DNA from: Ranitomeya imitator
Lineage: Eukaryota
NCBI RefSeq assembly: GCF_032444005.1
Contig: NC_091290.1
Span: 135,656,001 to 135,720,000 of the forward strand
Direction: 5' to 3'
Length of the DNA stretch: 64,000 nt
Shown here: in pieces, positions 23,360 through 34,826 of the stretch
Layout: each line of letters starts with the position of its first letter
How positions within the stretch are numbered: the stretch's first letter is position 1
Translations under genes and position numbers: made by a program
Notes under the pieces: generated by a model
What the model was told of the DNA's origin: nothing
What the model saw: the letters and a program-made list of their open reading frames with translations, nothing else
Databases searched by the model: none

Positions 23360-23800
23360 GACAAAGGCAGTTCCAGAAGTGACGACCCGCCCTCCGTACA
23401 CGGGCTATGGGGCCGCATTGTGTGTGAGGGGAGACACAGGACGCGCAGCCGCACACACCGGCCACCGTACTCACCGCAGACCCCACACAATCCCCGCCGG
23501 GTATAGAGGCCTCACTGCGCCGCCGGCTCTGCTGTCAATCCCCAGCACTGCGCCAGAACACGCCCTCCGCAGACGTCACGACGAAAGGCGGGGCTAAGGA
23601 GTAGAAATAAATGCGCTTCCTAATGACGTCAATGTCAGGTGCCACTGTGGTGGGCGGGGTTTAGCCTGGGATAAGCAGAGAGGTGATAGGTGAGAAGTGT
23701 TTACTTCCTGGTGACGTCACTACCATGTGATATAGTCTTGAGAGGCTGCGGGCAGAGGAGTGTGCAGAGTGTAACTCTTTGCTGACCGGTCTGTTTGGTT
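23360..23800. promoter_or_regulatory. CpG-rich, probably bidirectional promoter (IST1 leftward, ZNF821 rightward)
   Basis: CRE motifs GACGTCA 23572, TGACGTCA 23624 and 23712; GC boxes 23587 and 23652; ETS core ACTTCCTG 23703 directly next to a CRE; lies between two divergently oriented genes. Confidence 0.6.
23475..23570 (-). other. IST1: Probable non-coding first exon of IST1
   Basis: Minus-strand donor G|GTGAGT (ACTCAC at 23469-23474) inside a CpG-rich promoter-like tract. The ATG exon has its own acceptor (exon edge 15488), so an upstream UTR exon is required. The 5' end is approximate. Confidence 0.6.
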
Positions 23801-24339
23801 TCGGCAGCTTCTGCACCTTACCTCCTCTGGGCTCAGGCTAAACAGTCACCACTGCAGCCATTACTGTAATTTAAAGGGATTGTCCATTCATGGTTCAGGT
23901 TAAGAGTGACCACTGCTACCATTACTGTAATTTAAAGGGATTGTCCATTTATATGTAAATAAAGCCTAATTATTGTCCACTTTCATTTTCCCTCTCTCTT
24001 TTCAGGAGTCATACCTTTTTTTTTAATACTTGTTTTTCTTGTAGTTTTGAAGGACGCCATTCATTTTACCATAGAAAATTAGTGAAAAAAAAAATTCCCT
24101 TGCAGGGTGAAATGTTCATTTTTGATTTTAACGGCGTCTATTAAAACTGCCCCGTTAAATATGATTTTGCTGGTCATTGCGATTACGGCGATGCCAAACT
24201 TGGCTATATCATATTTTAGCATTAAAAAAAATCTATTTTTTTTTTTAATAAAATATATTTTGGATTTGTGTCACCATTTTTCAAGACCCCTTATCTTTTT
24301 TTTTTTTAACATTTCTGTTGGTAAGGGGTTGTTTCTTAT

Positions 24340-24434
24340 AATTAATTGAATAACTTAAGTTTAATATTAATATATTAATTAATATAAATATACTCAATAC
24401 AAATTTAGTGTAATTGATTTAATAAATAAATTTA

Positions 24435-24486
<52 letters not shown>

Positions 24487-24620
24487 TATAAATAAATATA
24501 TAATATATATAAATAAAGATTGTTATTAATGTAATTGATTTAATAAATAAATTAAATTTATGTAAATTTGATATAAATTAATAAATCAATATTAATTTAT
24601 ATCAATAAATACATTTTGTA
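24340..24620. repeat. Very AT-rich tract with (TA)n microsatellite
   Basis: (TA)n at ~24437-24480 inside nearly pure A/T sequence. Confidence 0.85.
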
Positions 24621-24834
24621 TTAACTGATATCTTGTTTTCTTCGTGCCTAGTATAAGTATTGTGTAGTGAAATGGCTGGTTTTGTCTTACAGATACTGAT
24701 GTAAAATACTGACCAAATACTGAGCGTGTGACCGGGGGCTTATGCGTCTCCCCCTATTGTAAATCCCCCTCTGTCGCTCCTGTGTTCTGTCTTTTAATGG
24801 CTTCAGGTTTCCAAAAAAAAGGTCAAGTGACTAA

Positions 24835-25154
24835 GGCTATGTGCACACGTTCAGGTTTTTTTACGATTTTTTTGCGGTAAAAACGCTATAAAAACTCATT
24901 AAAAACACATACATTATGCATCCTATCATTTAGAATGCATTCTGCATGTTTTGTGCACATGATGCGGTAAAAAAAGCAGCATGTTCATTAATTTTGCGGA
25001 TTTTCTGCGTTTTTCCCGCTATTCTATGCATTTGGGAAAAAACGCACCAAAAATGCGTTAAAAAAGCGTCAAAAACGCATGCGGATTTCGGGCAGAAATG
25101 TCTGTTTTTTGTCAGGAAAATTTCTGCAAGAAATCCTGACGTGTGCACATTCCC
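24835..25154. mobile_element. PIF/Harbinger-type MITE
   Basis: TAA|GGCTATGTGCACACGT...ACGTGTGCACATTCCC|TAA; 3-bp TAA TSD and TIRs. Confidence 0.75.
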
Positions 25155-26119
25155 TAAAAGAGGTGACCCGACTGCCCGTCAGGGGTCCTCAGCTATCCGG
25201 ACTTTATAACACAAGACGTCAATGGGAGGCCCCCCAAAAAAGTCACAAAGATGGCGGAGTGTTTTTTTTTTTTTTTTTCAAGCCTTTTTGAGGTGTTTTC
25301 ACCTCACATTTTATTCACTGTTTATAGGGTTTAGAAAAATGGCTAAAAAGACATTTTTTTTCACAGAAAACTTTAGTGAAAAAAAAAGGCAGATAGACGG
25401 AGCATTTTCTGAAGCGATTTTCTGCTTGACGCGTCGTGTGAATGTCGCCAGGTAGGATGAAGAGCGCCGGACACACTGGGAAGGGGGCATACATATGGGG
25501 GGCACACAGCAATGGCTGACAGGACTCGAGACACCTCGTTATGTAGCAGACTTGTTATGGGGGGGCATGTATCATGTCTGCGCCACCATGACAGCGCTGT
25601 CCCCATACACAGAGGGAAGGGCCGTCATGGGGGGCTCTATTACACTATTACTGGCATTTGTGGGGGCTTTTACTGTAAATACCGAGGTGAGGGGCCCAAT
25701 GACATGAGACTGATTGTATACAATGGCTGAAGCGCCATCATCCCCCTCTGCCTGGTCACATGACCGTATGACGTCATCAGAGGGCCTCGCTCCCTCCAGC
25801 AGATGCGGCCGCACTCACCGTGTGTCTGGAGGAGCCGGGACACGCCCGGGCACCGGGGCTCATGCATGTGAGTACAGGCGGTGGCCGTGCACCGGAGCTC
25901 ACTGCCGGGTAAACACCCCCCGGGATGTACCGCTGTAATCACTGCAGCGGGGCCGGGGAGACATGCAGATGGCGGGGCGCCCCCTGCTGACCGTGCAGCC
26001 CTGCACCAGGCATGCTCCATACATACCAGACCTGCATGGAATGTGATAATGCCATGCCCAGCTGCACTCCTCATCCATTCAGTGCAAGCGCTGCTCCGGG
26101 GTAATGGGTGGTCCTGCGA

Positions 26120-26850
26120 TGGGGAGAGCCCTGCTCCAGGGTAATGGGGGGCTCCCTGCTCCAGGGTAATGGGGGGCTCCCTGCTCCGGGGCGTTGGGGG
26201 GGGGGGTTCCCTGCTCCGGGGCGTTGGGGGGGGGGGGTTCCCTGCTCCGGGGCGTTGGGGGGGGGGGTTCCCTGCTCCGGGGCGTTGGGGGGGCGCCCTG
26301 CTCCGGGGCGTTGGGGGGGGGGTTCCCTGCTCCGGGGCGTTGGGGGGGGGGGTTCCCTGCTCCGGGACGATATTGGGGGGGCCCTGCACCGGGGCGATGG
26401 GGGGCCTGCTCTGTTGGGCACCCTGCTCCGGGACGATATTGGGGGGGCCCTGCATCGGGGCGATGGGGGGCCTGCTCTGTTGGGCGCCCTGCTCCGGGAC
26501 GATATTGGGGGGGGGGCCCTGCATCGGGGCGATGGGGGGCCTGCTCTGTTGGGCGCCCTGCTACGGGACGATATTGGGGGGGGCCCTGCATCGGGGCGAT
26601 GGGGGGCCTGCTCTGTTGGGCGCCCTGCTCCGGGACGATATTGGGGGGGGGGCCCTGCATCGGGGCGATGGGGGGCCTGCTCTGTTGGGCGCCCTGCTAC
26701 GGGACGATATTGGGGGGGGCCCTGCATCGGGGCGATGGGGGGCCTGCTCTGTTGGGCGCCCTGCTACGGGACGATATTGGGGGGGCCCTGCTCCAGGGCG
26801 ATGGGGGGCCTGCTCTGTTGTGACCCCAGCTCCGGGGCGATGGGGCCCTT
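26120..26850 (+). repeat. GC-rich minisatellite (~28-bp CCCTGCTCCGGGGCGTTG(G)n units, then ~60-bp units), probably inside a larger non-autonomous element
   Basis: Read directly; accounts for the overlapping repetitive ORFs at 25670-27119. Confidence 0.85.
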
Positions 26851-27704
26851 GCAGTCCCAGGGGCCCCTCCCCACTTTTCGTTATTTACTCCTCGCCTTCT
26901 GAAAGTGATTACTTGTTTTTATTTTGGGGGTCATACTGTATCCTGGGCTCGTTATCTGCGTCACGAGCTGGCGTGTCTTTTATGACCATTTTGAGGTCCA
27001 TACTACGTTCTGATAAATTATTATTCATTTTTTTTTGGGGGGGGGGGAGTGGAGTGACCATTAAACCGCAAATCTGCCATTTTTTTTATTCTAATTTTGG
27101 CGCTCACCTTACTGGATAAATATTGTGACTTTTTTTTTTTCTTTTTAGACAAATATATTCCATGTGTTGTATTCAACTTTTTTAGTCTCCTAGAGGGTCA
27201 TATAATATTTTCTACACTACTGTATAGATCATAACATTACCGATCTGCTCTGGAGCCCAGCTCCACGTCATCCGCACCCCGTCCTTCTTGAGTGCCGTTC
27301 TCACGGTTGACTGGCGGTGGCATCTGACACCTGTGATCAGAGCGGCTGTGATCGCGGCTGTTACACTGCTTCTGGCTGTATGGCAGATGCCACAAATGCT
27401 AGGTGTTGGTGTCAGACTTAGTAGTAAGGTGATAGCCGGGACCCCCGCTGGTCTCTAGAACGTGTCTTTAGCTTGGGGGGCTTACCAGGAGGACTGACCC
27501 TGCAAGGCTGCGGCTATGCGGCCTGAATCATGGGAGTGAACATTACGTAAATCCAGCCCTTCCCCCTCGGCCTCGTTTTTGCACATATTCTGCATTATAT
27601 TTTCCTCCTTTTGTACCTGCTTTAACCCTTTTATCTTTTTTCCCCTCAAATTTCAGAGGTGCTCTGTGTAGGAGGACAGCGTGAATGTAGCCAGTTCTCA
27701 TAAG

Positions 27705-30469
27705 ATGTCCCGGAGGAAACAGACAACTCCAAATAAAGTACATTGTGAGTGCCCTCCTATCCAAATTTGGGTGGGGGGGGGACAAGTAGGAATAGGAGAC
27801 GCATTGGTCTGCATGGGAGCTGTAGACACAAAATTACTCCTGGAATGGGTGCGCCGATCACCTGTGCTTGGTTTGAACAGTCATATTGTGCCGACAGACT
27901 CCTTAGGCAAAGCTGCATGTAGTGCTTATCTTGGGACCCTTGGGAGGAGTGTAATGGTTTTTTTGTCCCTTTTTTCCCTCTTTAGGGGAGAACATGTTTG
28001 CAGGATTGGAGCAACAAGCTTGTGAAGCGATGATGAAAACTGAGATTATAAAGCAGGAGGTGTCCGAGATGGAGCAGAATGACCGGAGCAGCAGTGAGTC
28101 GGGTGCAATGTGCGATCATATGGTTACCAATTACCCTTCTTCTTTTTAGAGAGAAGCTGTCATCACGATTTAACCTGTTAAAGTAAAGGTATGGCCATAA
28201 TGGCCCTGTTATACTGAATTAATGGATACCTGTAGTGAAAAAATCCATAGCCTGGTTCTTGTTGTTAGAAGCTTTGGTGCAATAGTGTCTTAGTGCATCA
28301 GGGTGGGATTGTGGGTAGGGTCTTCAGCTCTGCCGTTGCCCCTCCACATTTGTATGAGCCTCCTTTTTATAACTGTGCCCGCGCGCATTCATGTTTCTAG
28401 CAAAATGGCGCAGGAGGCGGCGCGTGCTAAGCTTACCTCCAGGGGTGTCGAGCAAAATGGCATCGGTGACCGTATATGCCAGCTGCGCCATTTTGCTGGA
28501 GACAGTCAGAGGTTAATCTGATTGTGCCGCCTCTGGTGCCATTTTGCTGGAGAACGTTGGGACATGAATGTGCCCAAGCGGCGCCCTCATCAAGATCAGG
28601 CGCTAGCTCGAAATTTAAAGGAGGCTCATACAAATAGGCAGGGGTCACGGCCATACCTTTACTTTTACAGGTTAAATCGTGATGGCAGGTTCTCTTTAAA
28701 GAACTAAAGGGAGATGATCATATTTGACTGCATCTCCTTGCAAACAACTTGTTGTGATCTCGGTAAAAAATTTTGTGTAGTCGCCGATTGCAGCGATGTA
28801 TGAATACTGGTTAGAATGCTGCGATCCCGGCAGGTGGGAAGCATCAGCCATTCTGTTCATCTCCCGGCTTCTATATTGCGAGGACGGGGAGCTAAAGTCC
28901 CCTCCTTTGTGGTAGGATTTACCAATTTTCCCTATAATATCACCTTTAATGCCGTCACGTCTGCTTTTTCCAGGCGACAGTGATGAGGATACTGAACTGT
29001 CATCTCCGGCCTCCGAAGAAGACAACACTGAGAAGGAAGAAGAACCAGGCGTAAGCAGAAGGATGAGGAAATGGGAAGATGCGTCCATGGTAAGGGGCGT
29101 AACGCGAGGGGTAATTGAATGGTGACATACTTGAATCCGTCATATGTAGTGCACCGTGATGTTCTGATGCTTTGTTCCTTTATTAGGTCCATGAGTCTTT
29201 TGACGGTAATCTGGATTCTGCTCTTTTTATTTGCCCCATTTGTGAGCTGGACTGCGAGAGCCACGAGCAGCTGATCACTCACGTGTATCAGGTAGATGAC
29301 ATGCTGCCCCTTTACCTTAGTAGGGACCCCATAATGTCAGCGTTCTGGTATTTGACTCCACCCAAAAATGGACATCTACCTGACTGATCACCCCCTAAAC
29401 AGACTTGACTCCATTTATTCACAAATTTACATCTTCTCGTCTTCAGCACACCGCTGCTGTGGTGAACACGAAAAGCTACCTGTGTCCGGTGTGCGGCCGT
29501 GCCCTCAGCTCCCCGGGATCCTTAGGACGGCATCTGCTGATCCATTCCGATGATCAGCTTTCCAATTGTGCTGTATGTGGCGCTCAGTTCTCCAGCCATG
29601 ACACCTTCAACAGGTAAGGGATGAAATCTACATTATCGGGGAAAAAAAATTGTGAGTAGCGCTGACTATGTCCCAGGACTTCTTCATGACAGTAGGGTAT
29701 CAAACTGCAGCCTGGCAGGCATTGGTCGGCAGGACGTCACCAGGTCCTTCCCACCTCATGAAGTGAGCTGCATCAGAGCTACCCTTTAAAATACCTCCTC
29801 ATAGTTAAAGTTATGTCCTGCTTGTTTTTCAGTGAAAAGCTGCCAGAGGTTTTGTCTCCTGAAAGCTGGGACCAGAACAACCCTAAAAGCCCCAGCGGTA
29901 TGGACTTGAATGCTGTTTACCCTGCTGGAGTATTACTTGTGTGCAATAACTGTGTGGCTTACAGGAAGATGATGTCAAGTCAGACCCCCACAGTGCGCAA
30001 GTGGGCCAACCGTAGGCAGAAAGAGCCCGTGAAGGCCCGAATGCAAAGGCTGGAGCGGGAGCGTACCGCCAAGAAGAGCAGACGAGACAGCGAGACCCCC
30101 GATGAACGAGAGCTGAGACGCATGAGGGACAGGGAAGCTAAAAGACAGCAGAGAATGCAGGAGACCGACGAGCAGAGAGCAAGGCGCTTGCAGCGAGATC
30201 GCGAGGCCATGCGCGTGAAACGGGCCAACGAGACACCGGAGAAACGTCAAGCCCGACTCGTTCGGGAGCGAGAGGCTAAACGGTTAAAACGACGTCTGGA
30301 AAAGATGGACATGATGCTCCGAGCGCAATTTGGGCAGGACCCATCGGCAATGGCTGCGTTGGCTGCAGAGATGAACTTCTTTCATCTTCCGGTGGGGAAT
30401 AATGAGCTGGAACAGCAGATTCTTGGGAAGATTGCACTGGACGATCAGAATAACGGGACCCTGCACTGA
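27705..30469 (+). CDS. ZNF821: Zinc finger protein 821, complete CDS, 390 aa (atypical C2H2 fingers plus STPR repeats)
   Basis: Exons 27705-27744 (MSRRKQTTPNKVH), 27986-28093, 28974-29089, 29187-29291, 29447-29613 (CPVCGRALSSPGSLGRHLLIH), 29833-30469 (ETPDERELRRMRDREAKR...MDMMLRAQFGQDPSAMAALAAEMNFF). Sum is 1173 nt = 391 codons. AATAAA at 30886. Confidence 0.96.
28174..28671. mobile_element. piggyBac-like MITE in a ZNF821 intron
   Basis: TTAA|CCTGTTAAAGTAAAGGTATGGCC...GGCCATACCTTTACTTTTACAGG|TTAA; TTAA TSD and ~25-bp TIRs beginning CC. Confidence 0.7.
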
Positions 30470-31827
30470 CCGTAGCGGTTTGGGAGGGAGGGGGGGTCCT
30501 GTTAAAATGTGATACTTTAATCAGATTTTTCTCTGTACCGCCGCTGGGTCTCTCCAGGAATGAGAAGCCCCCTCTCCGCTATCTTAGGGTGGTCTATGTT
30601 GCAGTCCATAGCTCAGGATTACAATGCTGCTGGAGGGGAAAATGTTTAGTATCTGCAGTGGTCGTGTGGATATTACAAAGGGACGATTATATGATGTGTG
30701 CAGGACCCAGATCTATGGAGGCTACTGTGCGGCGCCGAGACTGTGATACAGGGTATGAACACAAGCAGACATCACCTGGCTGCCGTCGTGCCGTGTCTGA
30801 GCTCTGCAGTACGTGTGCTGTATGTGTGTAGTATGTCTTATTTATGTGTGTATGGCAGAGTATGGCACCCGTGTAATGTGGAACCAATAAATTATTTTAA
30901 TACGAGGTTCATGGTGGTTTTCTGTTCTGGGTGTATCTTGGATGAGCGAATCGGCAATGTTGGGTTTTCATGTTTATAAAATGTTGCATAGTGAAGAATT
31001 GCTCAAACAGGTTTTTGATCAGGTGCTCCCAAGGTTTTACGTGTGAAAAATAAGAAAAAAATAAAATTAATGGCCACCATGAAACGTAGAGGATTGTAAG
31101 CCATCGGTCCCGACTCCTCCAAATACTTATGGCCGTTTTGGAGGAGTTGGACTTCTCCATATACTTATATATATATATGTATATATGTATATATATATAT
31201 ATATATCAGGGCTGTGGAATCGGAGGCCATTTTGGTGTAGTCGGAGGTTTGGCTTACCGACTGCACAGCCCTGCTTATTACTAAATAAATGAATGGTGGA
31301 AATGCTCTGTGTTCTGGGCAGATCAGGGAATTGATATTTCAATGGCGCAAAGTCAGGGTAAGTATTCACATACAGCAGATTTAGTGCAACCACAGGACTC
31401 ATGCCAAGTGCTGCTTGCTATAAAAGCTGCATGAAGCAGCAGGGGCTGCAGTGAGATTTGACGCGCTTGTCTTCAGTGCCTATTGGTGTGTACAACATCA
31501 GACGTCATTGCTGCTGTGAATACAGACACTGAAGCAGCATGGACTACAGCAAGATGTGAGGTGCTGCAGCCCGAGCCAACAGGGAACCATCAAAGTGTAG
31601 ATGCAATCAAATAGTCCTGAGAATGCAGAGACTGAAGCAGCAGAGATGCAGAATCCTACAGGAAACAGAATGAAGGTCAAGATGCTAGGAGTTTATACAT
31701 TACGGCGCTGAGATTTCAGACACTGAAACAGCAAGGACTGCAGTGACAAAAGAGGTTCTGCAGCCTAAGAGCGGATTACTGTTTAGTACCTGATATTAAA
31801 AAATCTGCAGGAAATAGCATCTACATC

Positions 31828-34229
31828 TAGTCATAGCCAGAAGTTGTCACCCTTGAAATTGTTCCAGAAAATTAAGTACTTAAGGAAAATGAATGCAATT
31901 CCCCATATTTTGTTATACACAGGTTTATTTCCTTTGTGTGTATTGGAACAACACAAAAAAATGATAAAGGCCAAATTGGACATAATTTCACTCAAAACCC
32001 CCAAAGTAGGATAATAAAATTGTTGGCACCCTCAACTTAATATTTGCTTCATATAACCATCAATAAGCTTCTTACACCTCTCATCTGGAATTTTAGACCA
32101 CTCTTCTTTTGCAAACTGCTCCAGGTCTCAGATATGTGAAGGCGCCTTCACCAAACAGCAATTTTAAGAACTCTCTGCAGGCGATCAATGGGATTTAGAT
32201 CCAGACTCATTGCTGCAACTTCAGAACTCTCCAGCGCTTTGTTTCCATCCATTTCTGGGGACATTGTTCTGCTGGAAGACCCAAGACCTAGGATGCAAAC
32301 CCAGCTTTCTGACACTGGTTACTACATTGCCACCCACAATCCTTTGGTAATGTAAAGATTTCATGATGTCTTGCACACAGAGGCAGCAAAACATCTCTAA
32401 ACCTCCACCATATTTGACTGTAGGTAGTGTTCTTTTCTTTCTAGGCCTGATTACGTTTTCAGAAACCTGTAGAATATGCTTTACCAAAAAGATCTCTTAG
32501 TCTCATCAGTCAACAAGACACCTTCCCAGAAGGATTTTGACTTACTCATGGCAAACTCCAGTTTTCTATGTCTCTGTGTCAGCAGTGGGATCCTCCTAGG
32601 TCTCTTGCCGTAATGTTTAATTTCACTCAAATGTCAATGGATAGTTGGTGCTGACACACCCTGAGCCTGCAGGACAGCTTGAATTTTTTTGGATCTTGAT
32701 TGGGGCCGCTTATCCACCATCTGGACTATCCTATGTTGCAATCTTCCATCAATTTTTGTCTACCATCTACGGGGATCCGCTATAGTGCCACGGGTTGTAA
32801 ACTTTTAGATTATTGCGCACCATGGACAAAGAACCATCAGGATCTCTCGAGACAGACTTGTAACCTTGATATTGTTATTTTTCAGCAATTTTGGTTCTCA
32901 GTTCTTTTCTCCTCTATCAGTGCAAAGATTGATTCATCTTTGCCCATTTTCTCTTGCTTCAGGTGTGATTTTCATATTGCCCACACTTGTTACTTGCCAC
33001 AGGTGAGTTCAAACAGACATCACATGCTTTAAACAAAGTTGTTTACCCATAATTTTATCCGACAAATTTTAGGGGTTTTGTGCTGCATTTTGTCCAATTT
33101 GCTTTTTTTTTTCCTTGTACCAATACACATAGAAAATACCATATATACTTGTGTATAAGCTGAGATTTTCAGCACATTGTTTGTGCTGATGACACCCCCG
33201 TCAGCTTATACACAAGTCATTGTCCAGAAAGCCAGAGGGAGAGCAGTGGCAGGAGTTGGTGGATGTGAAGACATCATACTCACCCTTGTGCAGTCGCTGC
33301 ATCTCTATTGTCCCAAGATGGCAGTTTTATCTGTGGTCACGTGGTACCACTCATGAAGGTAATGAATATGCACAAGTCTCCACTCCCATAGGCAGAGCGC
33401 ATATTCATTGCCTTAATGAGCAGTACCACATGACCGCTTCGCAGAGGAAGAGCTGCAACTGAGATGCAGGGACGTGCAGCAACCGCGTGAGGAGGGCGAG
33501 TATGACTGGGGAAGACACGCCGAGCCATGCATACAAGGGGGAGGACACGCCGAGCCATGCATACAAGGGGGAGGACACGCCGAGCCATGCAAACAAGGGA
33601 GAGGACGCCGAGCCATGCATACAAGGGGGAGGACACGCCGAGCCATGCAAACAAGGGAGAGGACGCCGAGCCATGCATACAAGGGGGAGGACACGCCGAG
33701 CCATGCATACAAGGGGGAGGACACGCCGAGCCATGCAAACAAGGGGGAGGACACGCCGAGCCATGCAAACAAGGGGGAGGACACGCCGAGCCATGCAAAC
33801 AAGGGAGAGGACGCCGAGCCATGCATACAAGGGAGAGGACGCCGAGCCATGCATACAAGGGGGAGGACACGCCGAGCCATGCATACAAGGGGGAGGACAC
33901 GCCGAGCCATGCAAACAAGGGGGAGGACATGCAAACAAGGGGGAGGATACGCCGAGCCATGCAAACAAGGAGGAGGACACGCCGAGCCATGCAAACAACT
34001 AGACCAGGGGAGCCATACATTGCAGGACAGGGATGAGGGGACAATGCATACCCGGCTTATACTCAAGTCAATAAACTAATCTTGTTTCATGTGGTAGAAT
34101 TAGGTGCCTCGGCTTTTACTCTGATTGGCTTATACTTGAGTAAATAAGTTAAACGTATATAACAAAACACGTACATACAATAATTTTCTGGAACAATTTC
34201 AAATGTGCTAATACTTTTGGCCATGACTG
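31828..34229 (-). mobile_element. Decayed Tc1 element with a nested MITE
   Basis: Matching termini AGTCATAGCC...CTTGAAATTGTTCCAGAAAATTA and TAATTTTCTGGAACAATTTCAAA...GGCCATGACTG; transposase remnant ORF 32221-32487 (PTVKYGGG...WVFQQNN). Confidence 0.8.
33139..34149. mobile_element. TA-flanked MITE (Tc2/pogo-like termini) carrying a 28-30-bp minisatellite at 33510-34000
   Basis: Left TA|CCATATATACTTGTGTATAAGC, right GGCTTATACTTGAGTAAATAAG; internal unit GCCGAGCCATGCATACAAGGGGGAGGACAC, ~16 copies. Confidence 0.6.
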
Positions 34230-34474
34230 CAGGAGGTCGTCTATCCCAAGTAGCAAAAGGGAAACCATCATAATGTAGCTATGGATACTGGCGGTGTATT
34301 TCTGTTTAGTTCTTGGTATATACACTGAAACAGTAGGGGCTGCAGAGAGGTAAGAGTCAGAATTTTGAGCGCAGGTGGTGAATATAACAGATGAAGATAC
34401 AGTTCTGACAATGCAGACACTGATGCAGCAGAGACTGGAACCACCAACAGGAAACAATCACAGTGCAGCTATAA

Positions 34475-34826
34475 GGGTATGTGCACACGTTGCGGATCCT
34501 CAGCGTTTTTTGAGGTGCAGAAATGCTGCAGATCCGCAAATGATTTACAGTACAATGTAAATCAATGAGAAAAAAAAATGTTGTGCAAACTTTGCGGAAA
34601 ATCCGCTGCGGAAACGCTGCGGTTTAAAATAAGTAGCATGTCACTTCTTTTTTGTGAATCTGCAGCGTTTTTGTACCCATTCCATTATAGAAAAACATAG
34701 GGGTAAAAACTGCAGCAAAAACACACAAAAAAAAACACTGCGGAAACGCAGGTGCGTTTTCTGCCAGGAGAGGCAGAATCCGCACCAGAAATTCCTAAGC
34801 CTAATCCGCAACGTGTGCACATAGCT
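34475..34826. mobile_element. PIF/Harbinger-type MITE (related to 24835-25154)
   Basis: TAA|GGGTATGTGCACACGTTGCGGAT...ATCCGCAACGTGTGCACATAGCT|TAA. Confidence 0.75.

Noticed and set aside
18350-23382. Three ~1650-aa Gly/Arg/Pro-rich ORFs as a collagen- or silk-like gene
   Set aside because: All three + frames are open because the 26- and 20-bp units contain no stop; units are not multiples of 3 and have no synonymous variation. The region is IST1 intron 1.
23838-23950. ~60-bp direct duplication near the promoter; also the 24-bp x4 repeat at 15270-15360
   Set aside because: Real but small local duplications with no evidence of function.
25670-27119. Pro/Gly-rich ORFs of 190-316 aa
   Set aside because: They overlap on both strands and track the GC minisatellite units.
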